From Octopus vulgaris (lineage: Eukaryota), in contig OX597823.1 of NCBI GenBank assembly GCA_951406725.2, positions 2,108,001 through 2,172,000 on the forward strand: 64,000 bases of DNA, read 5' to 3'. A model generated the notes under the pieces. That model was not told the DNA's origin. It was given only the letters and a program-made list of their open reading frames with translations, and ran no database searches. Position 1 is the stretch's first letter. Each line of letters opens with the position of its first letter. Both the position numbers and the translations under genes were made by a program. Positions 46,992-62,392 of the stretch are shown one piece after another.

Positions 46992-47519
46992 AAGAGAAAG
47001 GCGGGGAGTCAGAGTGTTTGTGCATGTGTGTGTCTGCCTGTTAATATCTCATATGCAAGATTTGTCTGTCTTTAAGTGGCCCCATTCTTTACAATATCTC
47101 AACAAAGGCCCAAACAATTTCTGTTTGTGAGACACGCTTACTCACCTCATTCAAACTTAGTCAACAAATCGTCCGAACTAGACAACACGCTAATCTTTAG
47201 AAAACTCCTGTATATATTTACAGTCACACCCACGGATTAACTAAGAATAACAATGATTATTGGTCCTAATCTAATCCTATAATCGAGACACACACGGTGT
47301 GTGGAGAGTGATGCACAGATGCACGTCTATGACTGTATTCCCAGCAGCGAACATATTTCACCGGCAGCAGCTCCACACTAGTGGATCCCTATTACACTCG
47401 CTTTAGAACATACTTTTTCAGATATAAATTGCACTTACTTTAAACATGAAATATAGAGCGTAAGGTTAAGCGATTGCAATTGGTTGCTTTTCATGCACAT
47501 ACAGATATATACTTAATAT

Positions 47520-47678
47520 ATGAGTGGGAATGTGGTAGGAAGCTTGCTTCCCAACAACTCGGTTCCGGGTTCAGTCCCACTGCGTGGCACGTTGGGCAAG
47601 TGTCTTCTACTATAGCCTCGGGCCGACCAAAGCATTGGGAGTGGACTTGGTAGACGGAAACTGAAAGAAGCCCGTCCT
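47520..47678 (+). mobile_element. SINE S1 tRNA-derived head
   Basis: tgtggtaggaagcttgcttcc..ggttcagtcccactgcgtggcacgttgggcaagtg. Confidence 0.8.
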
Positions 47679-47863
47679 ATATATTTGCGTGTGTGTGTTT
47701 TGTCTGTATATATATATGTATAATTATAATTAAGGGTACTGAGAAACAGAACCTACACGCTAGTGGTAGACGTCAGAAGACTCTAAAACCCAACTTAAAT
47801 TACACTCCATTAGCATGGATGCGACTGATTAGATTATTAATTGATTTTATCTTTAAATATGTA

Positions 47864-47929
<66 letters not shown>

Positions 47930-47933
<4 letters not shown>

Positions 47934-48172
47934 TTCCAAACATGAAAACACAAAGAGAAAACACAACAACGCGAGGACGTGGAACAAATATAGTATTATT
48001 GGACGCTCAGGAAAGAAGGGAAGGAGAGTTTAACGTTTCGAGCGGAGCTCTTCGTCGGAAACATAGAAGGAAAGATCCAGGGAAGGGAAGATAGACGGAA
48101 AAAAAATCACCAACGCACATACGCGGTCATATATATATATATATATATATGACCGCGTATGTACCGTTGGTG

Positions 48173-48177
<5 letters not shown>
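47930..48177 (-). mobile_element. ~200 bp hammerhead-bearing repeat (core CCGACGA, 48029-48061) with inverted duplication of its end
   Basis: Homologous to 56025-56220; 48103-48128 is mirrored at 48151-48177 across (TA)n. Confidence 0.75.
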
Positions 48178-48234
<57 letters not shown>

Positions 48235-48545
48235 AATTAAATTAGAGATAAAACCACTATTAGGCAACTCAAACAATATACTCCCTAATATTATTTCTTA
48301 ATATGCTGGCCATTGATAAAAAATTTTTTCGAAAAAATTTTATCCTACATTAAATATAAATTTAATGGTGTTCACTTTCGGACTCTCTCACTCTATGAGA
48401 GCCTCAGTTCAAATCGCACGTGTCTCAAATGGGCTGGAGAGTTTCTATTTTGGATGTATTTGGGGTACTAAAATTGTGCTCAGGACTTAGTGTTTGCTTC
48501 TTCCATGGGTATGAGTAAGTATCTCATTTGTTTCTTTGCCACATG

Positions 48546-48603
48546 TATCACTGACGAAGGGAGGTTTCTTATGAACTAACCCTGAAATCGGTCCGATATG
48601 GTA
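48546..48603 (+). ncRNA. Type I hammerhead ribozyme in repeat 48295-48740
   Basis: tatca CTGACGA aggg..ccct GAAA tcggtccga TA tggta. Confidence 0.82.
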
Positions 48604-48754
48604 ATAATGGAATTTTTTTAGAGATTTCTGTCGAACTTTTTTTGAGTAGCGTGCGTATTGCGATATATTATATGGTTATAGAGAGGGTGTCTAATTTCGG
48701 CATATTTGGCATTAGAAATCTTTTCGTTTGCCCTTATTTATAAGTTGTTTATGC

Positions 48755-48796
<42 letters not shown>

Positions 48797-49025
48797 GCAC
48801 ACACACGTGAGTATGTGTGTATGTAGATGTATACATATATATATGTATGTATACATGCATGTGGATACATGTATGTTTCAGATATATGTTATATACACGT
48901 ATTCGTATATTCATACATAAACGTGAAACACCTAGGAGACGACACAAGAACCACAGGACGGGACATTCGAAGCCCTCAGTCATCAGTCAAGAACCAGATC
49001 ATCTTCGCAATTTCGGCTGATTAAT

Positions 49026-49163
<138 letters not shown>

Positions 49164-49320
49164 TATATGTCAGAGAAAATATGTTCAAAAAGAACAAAAG
49201 AACAATTTAAACTTTTTGAAGAATCCAAAAAGAGAGAAAAAATAATTTCTAATAAAAATTCATCAAATTCATAAACATCAGCCAGAGTAAGTATTAAGAA
49301 TATGAAAATAGCAATTAAGA

Positions 49321-49473
49321 AAATTCGTTATAGGTATATAGGTATACCTTAAACAAGTATAAAAATGGAGAAAAGATGTTCAAATCAAAATCGTATTAAA
49401 TTCAACTTTGATTTTAACATATTTTCTCCATTTTTATACTTGTTTAAGGTATCTTTATACCTATAACGAATTT
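49321..49473. repeat. Fold-back hairpin, ~150 nt
   Basis: ataccttaaacaagtataaaaatggagaaaa / ttttctccatttttatacttgtttaaggtat plus outer aaattcgttataggtata arms. Confidence 0.92.
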
Positions 49474-49550
49474 CTTCAATTATATATTAATATATATATA
49501 TACATATATACATAGATATACACACACACACATATATATATATGTATGTA

Positions 49551-49627
<77 letters not shown>

Positions 49628-50003
49628 ATATTTTTCTTTAAGAAGAATAGTATTGACAGTAACTTCGAAGTTTCGATCAGCTAAGGCATCAACGAACTTA
49701 CCAATAAAATTCTATTTGAGCCCGGAAAGGTTGTCTTAAGGGACCGAAACTACAAACGTAATTCCTTTGTACTTTCCCATGATGCACTTCTCTAAGCATT
49801 CCTCTCACTTTTTTTTTTGTTTTTCTCGATAATTGAATCTTTTATACTCTTAATGTTTATTTCCTTTTTTTCTTCCTCTAAAAATGTTGTCAATAAAAAA
49901 AATCATTCAATAAAAAAGTTTCATTTTGTTTTTTCAATACATAGTTACTTGAGTGCATCCTTGTAACACACACACACACACACACACACACTCTCTCTCT
50001 CTA

Positions 50004-50047
<44 letters not shown>

Positions 50048-50055
50048 CATACATT

Positions 50056-50103
<48 letters not shown>

Positions 50104-50505
50104 TATATACATACATACATGTACATACATAATTGCTCGAAATGCGGAGTAGATAAAGCAGCGGATAACTGATGAAGGGATTGTTTTTTATGTTGCTTGT
50201 CTCGTTTTTCTATTTGTTTCTTTTGTTCTTCAAAAAAAGTTCGTTTTCCATGATTTTGTATTTCATGTTGTTTACGTTTTTTGACGTCCTGTACCCATGT
50301 ATGCATGTGTATATACATATATACATACATATATATATATATATATGTACATGTATGTATGTATATATGCACACATATTATTTATATTATTATATGATCG
50401 AACGCCACGCATCCATTTCCAAGTAAGTTTTATTCTATATAAATATATAAACAATAATATTAGGGAGTATAACTCCAAACTTGCATAGTGCTTTTATCTC
50501 TAATT

Positions 50506-50576
<71 letters not shown>

Positions 50577-50674
50577 TACATATACATATATATATATATA
50601 TATATACATATATATATACATATATACATATATACATATATATATATATACACATATATACATACATATAAATT

Positions 50675-50729
<55 letters not shown>

Positions 50730-50829
50730 GTGTGTGTGTATGTGTGCCGCGCGTGTGTGTGTGAAATAAAATGAGACAACAAAGCCAAGGCTGTGTGGAA
50801 TTCTCAGGATATTTATAAAGAGAAAGGTA

Positions 50830-50877
50830 GTCTTACAGCTGTTTCTGGGATATTACAGATATCCCTTCATCAGAACA
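50830..50877 (-). ncRNA. Type I hammerhead ribozyme, paralog of 34005
   Basis: gtt CTGATGA a gggatat ctgta atatccc a GAAA cagctg TA agac. Confidence 0.82.
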
Positions 50878-51257
50878 CGATACGAGAGAGTTGAATAGAG
50901 GGAAATAGCAGAGTTCAATATAAGGAGTTATTTTGGAAAAAGATGGATGTAGGAAGTATAAAGGGAAATAAGAGAATAAAAATAAAAGTTTAAAAAAATA
51001 TGTAGGATGTAACAGTTGCAGTTCCATTATCCAAGGAAAGAGCTGTGTAGAATGGGTGGAAACGCTTATTGTCCATGGTATGTAGATTCCGAGAGGGGTT
51101 CGGCAAGTAACTTGTGTGGGCCCCCTCCTGACGTTGAGTTTTAGTTTAGAATCCCTCTGTAGTCACTTTTGGGTTTCACCCTTTCAAGTCCGGCGTAAGT
51201 GGATTATTCCCCACCCCCTCCCAAAATATTGCTTTGTACGTGATTTTTTAAAATATT

Positions 51258-52285
51258 CTTTTCTACTAAAGGCATTAGGCTTGAAATATTGGCGGAGGGG
51301 GCTAGTCTGTTAGATCGATCCCCATCTGTCACTGGTACTTTATTTTACTGACCCCGAAAGGGAAAGACAAAGTCGACCTCGACGAAATTTGAACTCAGAA
51401 AGTAAAGGAATACAAAATACTGCTAAGCATTTTATCCGGCGTGCTAACGGTTCTTCTTCTTGCTGTTGTCGAATCCTTGTCTTTATTGTTAGTTGTGGCT
51501 AATGAGGGGGGGGGACGAGCCTGGACAAAATGCTTAGCAGCATTTCCTCCATCTACACGTTCTGAGTTCAAATTCAGCCGAGGTCGACTTTGCCTTTCTT
51601 CCTTTCGAGGTCGATGTAATCGACTTATTCCCTCCTCCCTTAAAATGGCTGGCCTTGTGCCGAAATTTGAAGCCCTTATTTGTTCTGGTTAAGGCGGGGA
51701 CCTGGCAAAAATGCTAGCATGTCGGTCTTCACGTTCTGAGTTCTAATCCAGCCGACGCCGACTTTGGTTTTCGTTTTTTAGGAGCCGATAAAAAAAAAGG
51801 ACCAGTTGAATACTGAGGCTGATGTAATCGGTTAGCTTCCGACCTCGAAAATTGAGGCCTTGTAACCACAATAAAGAGGATTAATGGCTACAGTGGAAAT
51901 TATCTGATGTGTGTGAGTTTGATAAATACATAGGCAGTGTTTTGTGAAAGAAAGCTTTGCATTAAGGATTAGGACATTTTATGTAGGAGCTACCCAAGAT
52001 CAGGCTGAAAGGATTCCACTGGTTTAACCATACGTTGTCATGTTTTATTGTGGTGCTTTTTTCAGGTGGCAAGTTGGCAGAATTGTTAGAGCATCGAACA
52101 AAATGCTTAGCGACATTTCATCTGGATTTGTGTTTTGAGTTGTGTTCTGCCAAGGTTGACTTTTGCTTTCATCCTTTCAGGGTCAAACAAATGTGTACCA
52201 CTGAAGTACTGGAGTTGATGAAATCAATTTCCCCCCCACCCCGCAAAACTTCAAGACTTGGGCTTACAATTAAAAGGTTTATTAT
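51258..52285. mobile_element. Cluster of four S3 SINE copies in mixed orientation
   Basis: Repeated aaatgcttagc..ctgagttcaaatt..gaggtcgactttgccttt blocks. Confidence 0.7.
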
Positions 52286-52302
52286 GTTTCCTTGTATTAT
52301 AA

Positions 52303-52381
<79 letters not shown>

Positions 52382-52384
<3 letters not shown>

Positions 52385-54275
52385 TTTGCACAGCTTCTAA
52401 CGCTGGAGATGTACTAGTGTCAGCTGTTCACTACCAGTGAACTAAGGTAACACCTCTTATTTTTCGAGCACCTTCCAGAGTATTCGAGCGGTTCCAAGCA
52501 GTGCTGTTTTCTGCATGTGCTTCACCCATATTGCAGCCCCTATTTGTTCCACGTACTTCTCGAGATTTTTGCTCACTGTTCCCAGGGCTCCGACAATTAT
52601 TGGTACAACAGCTACCTTTTTCATCGACCACAACTGCTTAACCTCCCAAGCTGACCTATCATATCTATCGACTTTTCTTTCTTTCTTATCGCATACCTTG
52701 TTGTCAGCTGGGCATGCTATATCTATGATCCAGCATAGTTTGTTTTCTTTCTTAATTAAGACTATGTCCGACTTCCTATCCTCTATCTCATGGTCGCACT
52801 GAATCATAAAATCCCATAGCATCTTCGCATTATCATTTTTGATGATGCCTTCGGGTTTATGTTCGTACCACTTTTTTGCTCTGTCAAGTCCATACTTGTT
52901 TGCAAAGTGTCCAATGGACAATCCTTGCTATATTGTCATCACGCCTCTTATATTCCTTCTGGGCTAGTGGCGTACATTGACTGGCAATATGCCATACGAT
53001 TTTACCATGTGTCCACAAATTCTGCACTTATCACTTTCTGATGTTTTGTCTATTCTGTATTTGATGCAATTCATTCTTAGTGCTTGTTCTGAGGCAGCAA
53101 AGATTAGAGCCTCCGTTTCTAGTTTTAAATCACTTTTAGTCATCTTTTCTCTCTGTCTGTCTTATCTTCAACATCCCTATTGAATTGTCCATTCATTCTT
53201 TTCTTTATCCTCCTATTTTCAGTTTCATTCATTCTCAAGTGCTTGTACAGTGCTTTATCTTTGCAATCTTCCATCCTACACGAGTTCTATGCTCTAATGC
53301 TGTGCTCGCATCCAATCTGTCCTCATCTCCCGCTTTTGGGTGGGGTATCCTATATCTAGTCAGCAACTTCCTTGTCTTTTTTCTAAGCTGTTTAGTTTGT
53401 CTGCTGCTCATGTGGCAGGACTCTATTTTTTTCCAGATGTCTGTACATTGACGCTGCGACTATTCCAACCAACAATTTCCACGTAAGTGGCAAACAGGAT
53501 ATCGGCCTGTAATTGTCTACCGTATTGCCTTTTCCGATGTTTTTCAGGCCCAGCACAGTCCTACCCAATGTCCCACCCACTCTGGTTTTGCTTGGTCGGC
53601 ATTTAACAAAGTGTTGAGTTGCGCAGCTATTCATGCACGACATTCACCAAATCTTTTGATCCAGTAGCCTTGAACTCCATCTGGTCCCGGGGCCTTCAAG
53701 TTGCTCATTTTTTTTTTTTTGCTGATTTCTTCACTTCCTTAACTGAAATGACTATTTCTGCCTGTTTAGGACAGGCTACTGTTTTTTTCAGTTCTTGCAA
53801 CCATTCAGCATCCTTCTTGTGCTCCTTGTCTTTGCTCCAGATGTCATTCCAAAACCTTTGACTTTCAATGTTATCTGGTATCAAATTTTCATCTGTACAT
53901 CCTCCATTTATTTCTTTATAGAATCTCTTCTGATCTACTCTGAATAAACTATTCTGCTGGTAACCCTTCATTCTTTAGTCGTATCTTACCATCTTTGCTT
54001 TCTTTGCGACGAAGCGCTGTTTCAGTTCCTCCATTACCACTTTCAGGCCCTTTCTTTCAATATTATACTTCCTTTTCAGCGCCCTGTATTTTTGTTCGCT
54101 TTTAAGCTCCCCCTTCTCATTTCGGCCTAACTCAGAAATGTCCTTCGAAAGCATGTCTAACCTCGCCTCTATTCTTCTTTTCCACCATGGATCTTTTCTT
54201 TTGTCACTTCCATTATGCTTCTTTTTCTTGACATCGACACCACTTTTTCTGCTACAACAATACTTGCTGTCTTAT
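52382..54275 (-). mobile_element. R4/Dong-type element, third subfamily, decayed, RT core deleted
   Basis: [34 protein letters not shown], then jumps to the thumb and REL region (IIDIACP..VPIIVGALG); (TAA)n at the 3' end. Confidence 0.85.
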
Positions 54276-54295
54276 TTGCTTCTGTGAAGTTTTTA

Positions 54296-54314
54296 CAATA
54301 ACAATAACAACAAC

Positions 54315-54400
<86 letters not shown>

Positions 54401-54426
54401 TAATAATAAAAATAATAATAATAATA

Positions 54427-54500
<74 letters not shown>

Positions 54501-54510
54501 CATCATCATT
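54296..54510. repeat. (AAT)n abutting (ATT)n, a polarity-switch microsatellite
   Basis: Switch near 54428. Confidence 0.95.
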
Positions 54511-55952
54511 TACATGTTGTTAATCTTCTGTTATTATGTATTATCGATCCACTATTATCATTCGTGTGTTATTGCTTCTATATCCCCATGTAATATTCGT
54601 GTGTTATCATCCATAAGCTATGTGTTGTCATACGTTGTTATTCAGTGTTATTCTGCTTATCGGGTTTTATTAATTCGTTATTCTTCATGTGGTATTGCTC
54701 ATATGTTATCATGTGGTATCAATCATTAGCTGACATGTGTCATTTAGTGTTATTCTTCCCGTTGTTATTCGTGTCTTGTTATTCCTATGTTTACCCTACA
54801 AACAAAGGAAGCAGCATAAAAATTCTTGTAAAAAAAATGATTCGTAAAAACTGATTTTAGTCATTTACATTCGCTAGCAGCGTGTATAAATAAAATAATT
54901 AGACAACGCGTGTGTATACTGGAGAATAAGTAAACATATCTATGTTTGATAAATACACATTCAGCCTTGCTACATGTCATTTAACCACGTGATTAAATCT
55001 CATTGCTCTCTGTAAGGAACGAACCCTAGATCAAGAAATATATAGATATTCACAGCAAGGTTTGAATCCACGTAGAAAGAAGGAATGGGGAATATTTCCT
55101 ATTTTATCCACGCATGCGCTTAGCGTCGGGCATTGGCTAGAATGGAATCCTGAGATTGGGCAAAAACAGAGATATTCCGACACGGCTTCCAATACAGTTT
55201 GATGCAGTGATCGATCTCAGGGGCTCGACATTGACAGGGACATGCCCCTCCTACACGTCTATGTACAAGTTTATTTATTCATATTTATGCGTGTGTGCGC
55301 TTATGCACACACACACATGTAATATCACGCTATCGACCAGACTATGAGATGGTGTTATACATCGCTGATCACAATGCGCTTCACATTGTTTAAGCTTTCG
55401 AATGATATCATTCTGTTGACAAGGCGAGCAGGCCAACATTGGCCCTGATCAGAACACTGTTCAATCCACTTACAGCTGAATGGACTGCAACAACGTGAAA
55501 TGAAATGTTTTGCTCAACAACACTACATTCCGCCCTGTCCAGGAATCGAAACGCACACTCTGGCCATTTTCGCACTCTCCTGTCTTCAGAAACCACTTTT
55601 TCTACCTCCTTCCGCGTCCGGTCATTCCAACCGTGTAACGACACACGTACTTTTCTTTAACTATTCTTTTCCTTCTTTCCGGATCTTTCCTCTTTCCTCT
55701 TCCTGACGAAGAGCCATGCTATGTTTATGCCTTGAAGTGGTCAAGCTTTGTTTCAGAGCAGTCTGTCGCCTTCTAGTGTGTGTGTGTATAGTCATATAGT
55801 TATTTATACATACACATATATATATACATACGTATGTATATACGTATATCTATGTACAGTGTAAATACAATAAACAATTATAAAGACAAAAGACACAAGT
55901 CACTACAAATAAGGTGTAGCTCGTATAGAAGTGTGCATTTATACATGCATGA

Positions 55953-56029
<77 letters not shown>

Positions 56030-56129
56030 TAATCCAAACATGAAAACCCAAAAAGAAGACACAACAACGCGAGGACGTGGAACAAGTATAGTGTTATTGG
56101 ACGCTCAGGAGAGAAGGAAAGAAGAAGGA

Positions 56130-56162
56130 TTTAACGTTTCGAGCGGAGCTCTTCGTCAGAAA
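56130..56162 (-). ncRNA. Ultra-minimal hammerhead motif in repeat 56025-56220
   Basis: ttt CTGACGA a gagc tcc gctc GAAA cg TT aaa. Confidence 0.72.
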
Positions 56163-56216
56163 CATAGGAAAAGGAAAGGTCCAAGGCAGGGAAGACGGAG
56201 GGAAAAATCGCCAACG

Positions 56217-56267
<51 letters not shown>

Positions 56268-56279
56268 CTCTTTTACTTT

Positions 56280-56813
<534 letters not shown>

Positions 56814-57581
56814 ATTCTATGATATATTTGTGCGCGTTTATGTGTGTGTATGTGTAGGTATGATTTTATTAATTGAGAATCGAAATATGCTGTTTGTAAG
56901 ATAAATAAACATAGTCGGCGTGAGGAGTGACACAGTCTGATGTGTGAGACAGATATACGAGCATCTATATCTTGCGTGTTTGCTTAAATCTTTATTCAGC
57001 CGCACTAAATTTTAGTTATGCGACCAAATCCAGATTAGAAGACAACCAGACAAACAGCAAAATGTAAGAAACTAAATTTCTCATTGCGTATTTCAATATA
57101 TCGTGGGACGTCAAGGGGATAATCAAAGCCTGATGTGGATTTCGTAACTAGACAGAAAGCGGGGTAGCTGGGGGTAGCACAATACCCGTTCATACACATT
57201 GCACTAAATGTCCGAACATTTCGTGCAATGTCCACGCACACACAGTGAGCATTTAGTGGAGTGGACAGCCACGTCTGACCCTTAACTAATGTAAAAATAC
57301 CACAGAACCAATCGCGTATAGCAAACCTCACAGTGAGTTTAAGGGTTTATTTATCGTCTTTTAGCTTTTAATTGTTTCAGGCATTAGACTGCGGTCATGC
57401 TGGGGCACCGTCTAGAAGAATTTAAATTGAATTTATTATTTTATTTATTTTATTTTTGTGAGTCCTAGTACTTATTCTATCGGACGCTTGCCGAACTGCT
57501 AAGTTACGAAGACGTAAGCACACCAACACCCGATGTCAAGCAGTGGCGGGGGACAACACACACACACACAGACGTGCACGC

Positions 57582-57643
<62 letters not shown>

Positions 57644-57685
57644 GTATATGTATAGATAGATAGATAGAGATAGATAGATAGATAG

Positions 57686-57748
<63 letters not shown>

Positions 57749-59542
57749 GATAGATTAGTGCTGCCAATCTTATAGAAAGCTTTAGTGCCATGTTTCATCA
57801 TTAATTCACAGCAACGAATGAAGGGATCCAACCCGAGTCGCATAAATCGAATCGCTGCTCGACTTCGATTTAAATCTAACAATGATTATATTATGGAATT
57901 ACATAGAATATTAGCATGGGAAGACTCCGACATTTCCGTTCTGTACTGAATTATAACGAGGACCCTTTATTTCTGAAGAAAAGCCCTTCTCTAGGGTTCA
58001 GTGGTTCCTTCGAGGCCAGAGGTCAATAGTCCACCCACCACTCTAATTTTGATAAAACATTAAACAAAACAAAAGTATATCTCATTCACTCTTTAATATC
58101 AACCCATCCAGGACCGCCACCCCCTTCTGATTCCATGATATGAACTTGTTTTAAATTGATTTAGATTAAAAGCTTCCAGCAAAGTTCCATGTTAATCTAT
58201 TCTCCAAATACCAAATGATTAATGACAAAGTTTTTTTTTTTTTTATATGAAATTCTTCATTATTTTCAAAATATATTGGGAGAAAGACATCGTCTCTCAA
58301 CTGAAATATGGGAGCAAAAGGGTTTGAAAAAATGATGAGTTATTTTGGAAAACGGCGAATATATATATTTTTTTATAAAGTAAAATTTTGTTAAATTTAT
58401 TAAAAAGTATTTTATTTCGCAGAATTCTGACTTTTAATTTCTTTTAGTCGGATCTTCGGAGCTGACACGAAGAAAACATTCCACAAGGCCACACTCACGT
58501 ATCTCTGTGTTGAAAATACTTTTAAAAGTTCTTCTCTGAAGACGAAATTCCATGACACATTGTGTTCTTATTTGTCACAGCTAATCCCTTTAATATTGGC
58601 ACCTTTCGGTTGGATACAATAGTCTATATTTTTAAAGGGAGGCAAATTGGAATTTTGTGATTTTCATGTGTTTCCATAGAATGGAATTTGTTCTCAGTTT
58701 GAGACAAAGGAAGGAGACAGATGCGGCTCACTTTGTACTTTTCTCTGCTTTCCGCCATATGTCACTGTCCAAACTATTTCCGACTTTTTCACTAAATATT
58801 AAAGGGATCTGTATTCTAAGAGACAGAAGAGATGTGATGTTGTGACTGTTATTCCATTGATGTTGTAAGAGAAATAAAATAATTTCAAACATGGATTGAA
58901 ACTGCTTCGCATTCTCGACTTGCCGGAGGTGTTAACTCCTTAAAATATCTAGATGTTGATAATAATAGAATTGTTAATTACATTAGGGGGTATAGTATTA
59001 ACATTAGGGGGTGTTGTATTTCACTTTTATGCAACTTTGCGATCGATTTGGTCTCCGAGCGCCATCAGGTGTCTTATTTTGGGAAATCTACTTGCGAGCT
59101 GGATTCGAACCAGGACCCCCGATTTCTAAACTATAAACTATAACATCTCTGTTGTTGTGCACTTTGTAAATATTTAGGAAGCACCTGATAACAGAGATCA
59201 AACAGATCGAATTGTATTGTTTGATCATTTTTTCTGTTACTGGCTTCAGTTTCTGCGGCCATGCTGGAGCACCGCCTTTAATGGTGAATTTTAGTTGGAT
59301 ACATGTACTCTGGTATTTTGGTTCTTACTCTGTCTCATCAGATACAAAAATGCAAAGTAAACCCCGACGTAGAGGAAAACTACCCAGTCAAACCGTAATT
59401 TCTACTCGAATGTACCGATTTTCAACCACACATCTACACACACCCATACACACTCATACACACATACGAATCAACCCCCAAACACACAGATAGATAAATA
59501 GTTAGGTAGATAGCAAGATAGATAGATAGATAGATAGATATG

Positions 59543-59625
<83 letters not shown>

Positions 59626-60081
59626 AGTAGATTGAGAAGCAGAAAGTCCTTGGTACAGTATTGTGTATTTCAGGAATGAATAGAAATGGCTTTTCTGATC
59701 ATTTTCCCACTTTAATTATTAAAGTGTTTACAATAAACATTTAATTATTAAAGTGGAAAAGTTCCCGTCACTTCGCGGTTTTACAAACTGAGATCGACAA
59801 GATAAGTCCCTCAAATAAAAACAAGTAGCGGGGCCGATACGATCGACACCAAAACCCCCTTCAAAGCAATAATACTCCAGCATGGCCGCAGTCCAATAAA
59901 TAAAACAAATAAAAGAATTTTGTTTTTCGCTGTTTTTCTTTGACATCAAAGAAATTTTACTTCATTAAATTTCCTTTGAACTTTCGAAACCGTCACGGCC
60001 AGCTTATTAAACGAATTCACTCACTCTGCGACGCTTCAATCCTTTCTCTCTCTCTCTCCCTCTTTCTCTCTCTCTTTCTCT

Positions 60082-60119
<38 letters not shown>

Positions 60120-60369
60120 CCCCTCTCTCTCTCTCGTTTTGTTACTGAGAAAAGTTTAATGGACATTTTATCTCCATTCCCTTTGATCTTAGTGTTTTAC
60201 TGAAATGTGTACCAGTAATACGCTGCATTACTTCTATCCGCTACAAAAGTCGCTGGGATCACTGACCATCAAGGTCATCATCATAAATACCGCTGCTGTT
60301 GTTGTCTTTATTGTTGTTTCGGTCATTCAACTGCGGCCATGCTTGGGCACTGACATGAAAATTCTACAC

Positions 60370-60655
60370 CAGTGGTTCTCAATCAGTTTTTTTTTTTTTT
60401 CCTATGGACCGCCATGATTCTTGTTTCACTCGGAAGGACCCCCTTTATGATTTGATGTTTAACAAAAACCAAGATTTTTATAATTAAACATTATTAGATA
60501 ATACAGTTCTATATTAATTAGGGATTTAATAAAAAGTGTTAAAAGTATTTTGTGCAATGAAGTAAAGTAATTTTATTGCACTTGGATTTTAAGAACAAAA
60601 TTTATTGCGGACCCCAGCATCCACACGACCCTTGGATCATGTGGACGCTGGTTTA
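60370..60655. mobile_element. hAT/Charlie-like MITE remnant
   Basis: Starts CAGTGGTTCTCAA with ggaccc subterminal repeats; right TIR not intact. Confidence 0.5.
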
Positions 60656-60782
60656 GTCGAATAGATAGGCCCCAGAACTTATCTAATTTTTAAAAAAATC
60701 TGTTACTTATCTGGTGTTAGAACTCAATATCCATAAGCTTCACAACAAAGCGTCATATTTATATGTGTATATATATATATAT

Positions 60783-60883
60783 ATATATAATATATTACAA
60801 ATATTATATATACTATATGTGTACATATATATATATAATATATTACAAATATTATATATACTATATGTGTACATATATATATA

Positions 60884-60925
<42 letters not shown>

Positions 60926-60955
60926 TACAAATATTATATATACTATATGTGTACA
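60783..60955. repeat. Minisatellite, 3 copies of atataatatattacaaatattatatatactatatgtgtac separated by (TA)n
   Basis: Read directly. Confidence 0.85.
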
Positions 60956-61162
60956 TGAATATATATATATATATATGTGTGTGTGTATGTGTGTGTGTGT
61001 GTATGTATATATATATAATATTGCACATACATATACCCTATATATATATTTATATATATACATATAATATATTACATACATATATATACATATATTACAT
61101 ATATATATATATATTACACATATTATATATATATATATATCTTGTATATATATATATAATAC

Positions 61163-61399
61163 GGACACGTTAAAACAGAAACTGACCACACAAAATTCAA
61201 GTAGTCTTTGGACAAATTCCTTCAAACAGTCCCGGACAAACCACCCACACCCGGATATGTCTCCGCAAACAATAACCCTCTGCTCGAATGGGCCTCGGTG
61301 CCCAAATCCTGAATTGAAAGACTTCGCCAAGTGGTGCTATTAAGTTAGACACGGCCTGGGCCAATACTGGCCAAAACCTTTCTAAGTTATTCTAAGTTA
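61163..61399 (+). mobile_element. 5'-truncated copy of the CR1-like LINE 3' end
   Basis: Near-identical to 24369-24573; same ttctaagtta tail. Confidence 0.9.
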
Positions 61400-61433
61400 T
61401 ATATATTATATTACACATATATTATATATACCT

Positions 61434-61478
<45 letters not shown>

Positions 61479-61498
61479 ACACATATTATACATACCTT

Positions 61499-61537
<39 letters not shown>

Positions 61538-61924
61538 GGTATGTAGAAAAATACAACATGGACAAGAACGTATAACTCTTAGAAGACGATACAATAAACA
61601 CGGACAGAACATTCGAAACCCTCAGTCTTCAGTCAAGAACCGGATCATCGTAGTAATTTCGGCTGATTAATCTATATATATATATTACACATTTATTATA
61701 TATAACTTATGTATATGTATATACCAATCTAATATATATATATATACATATATATATACATATATATATATGGATTTGATTTGAAAAGCCCACTCGATTT
61801 GGAGAAAGCGCTAATCCGAATGATATGATCTGAATGATATGATATATATGTAAAAAATGTAATATATAAATAAATATCTATAAATATGAACCATCCGATC
61901 TGATTACCTCATTTTTTCTAATAT

Positions 61925-61993
<69 letters not shown>

Positions 61994-62392
61994 TTCCATG
62001 TGTCATATATTACATGCATATGAATATATTATATATATTATAATTATATAGATTATATTTATATATACCGCTTTCGCTTTTATATATATATAATCGATTT
62101 GTACTTATGATGAGGGGAATCCCACTATTATTTGTATCGGGTGGGAAATTCGTCCAATACAAGAGCATCCTTCGAAAAGACTGTAAGGTTTTCTACTACT
62201 GCTTTTCTTTGGATTATAATACTGGAGCGGTTGAAACCTAACATTTCGATGAATTTTTACGTATTTTGTATTCCTACGAAAATCGGTTCTCCACTTTCAT
62301 TTATATTATATATATATATATATTTTCTAGTTTCAGCTCAGAGCCGCGGCCATGCTGATGCACCGCCGTTTTGTGCTACACTGTTATTACTA

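Noticed and set aside
48960-49025. CTGATGA/CTGAAGA repeat (also ~61610-61670) as a hammerhead
   Set aside because: No canonical GAAA after helix II and no consistent helix III.
59035-59075. Possible highly decayed hammerhead
   Set aside because: Both core segments are mutated and helix I is poor; not distinguishable from chance.
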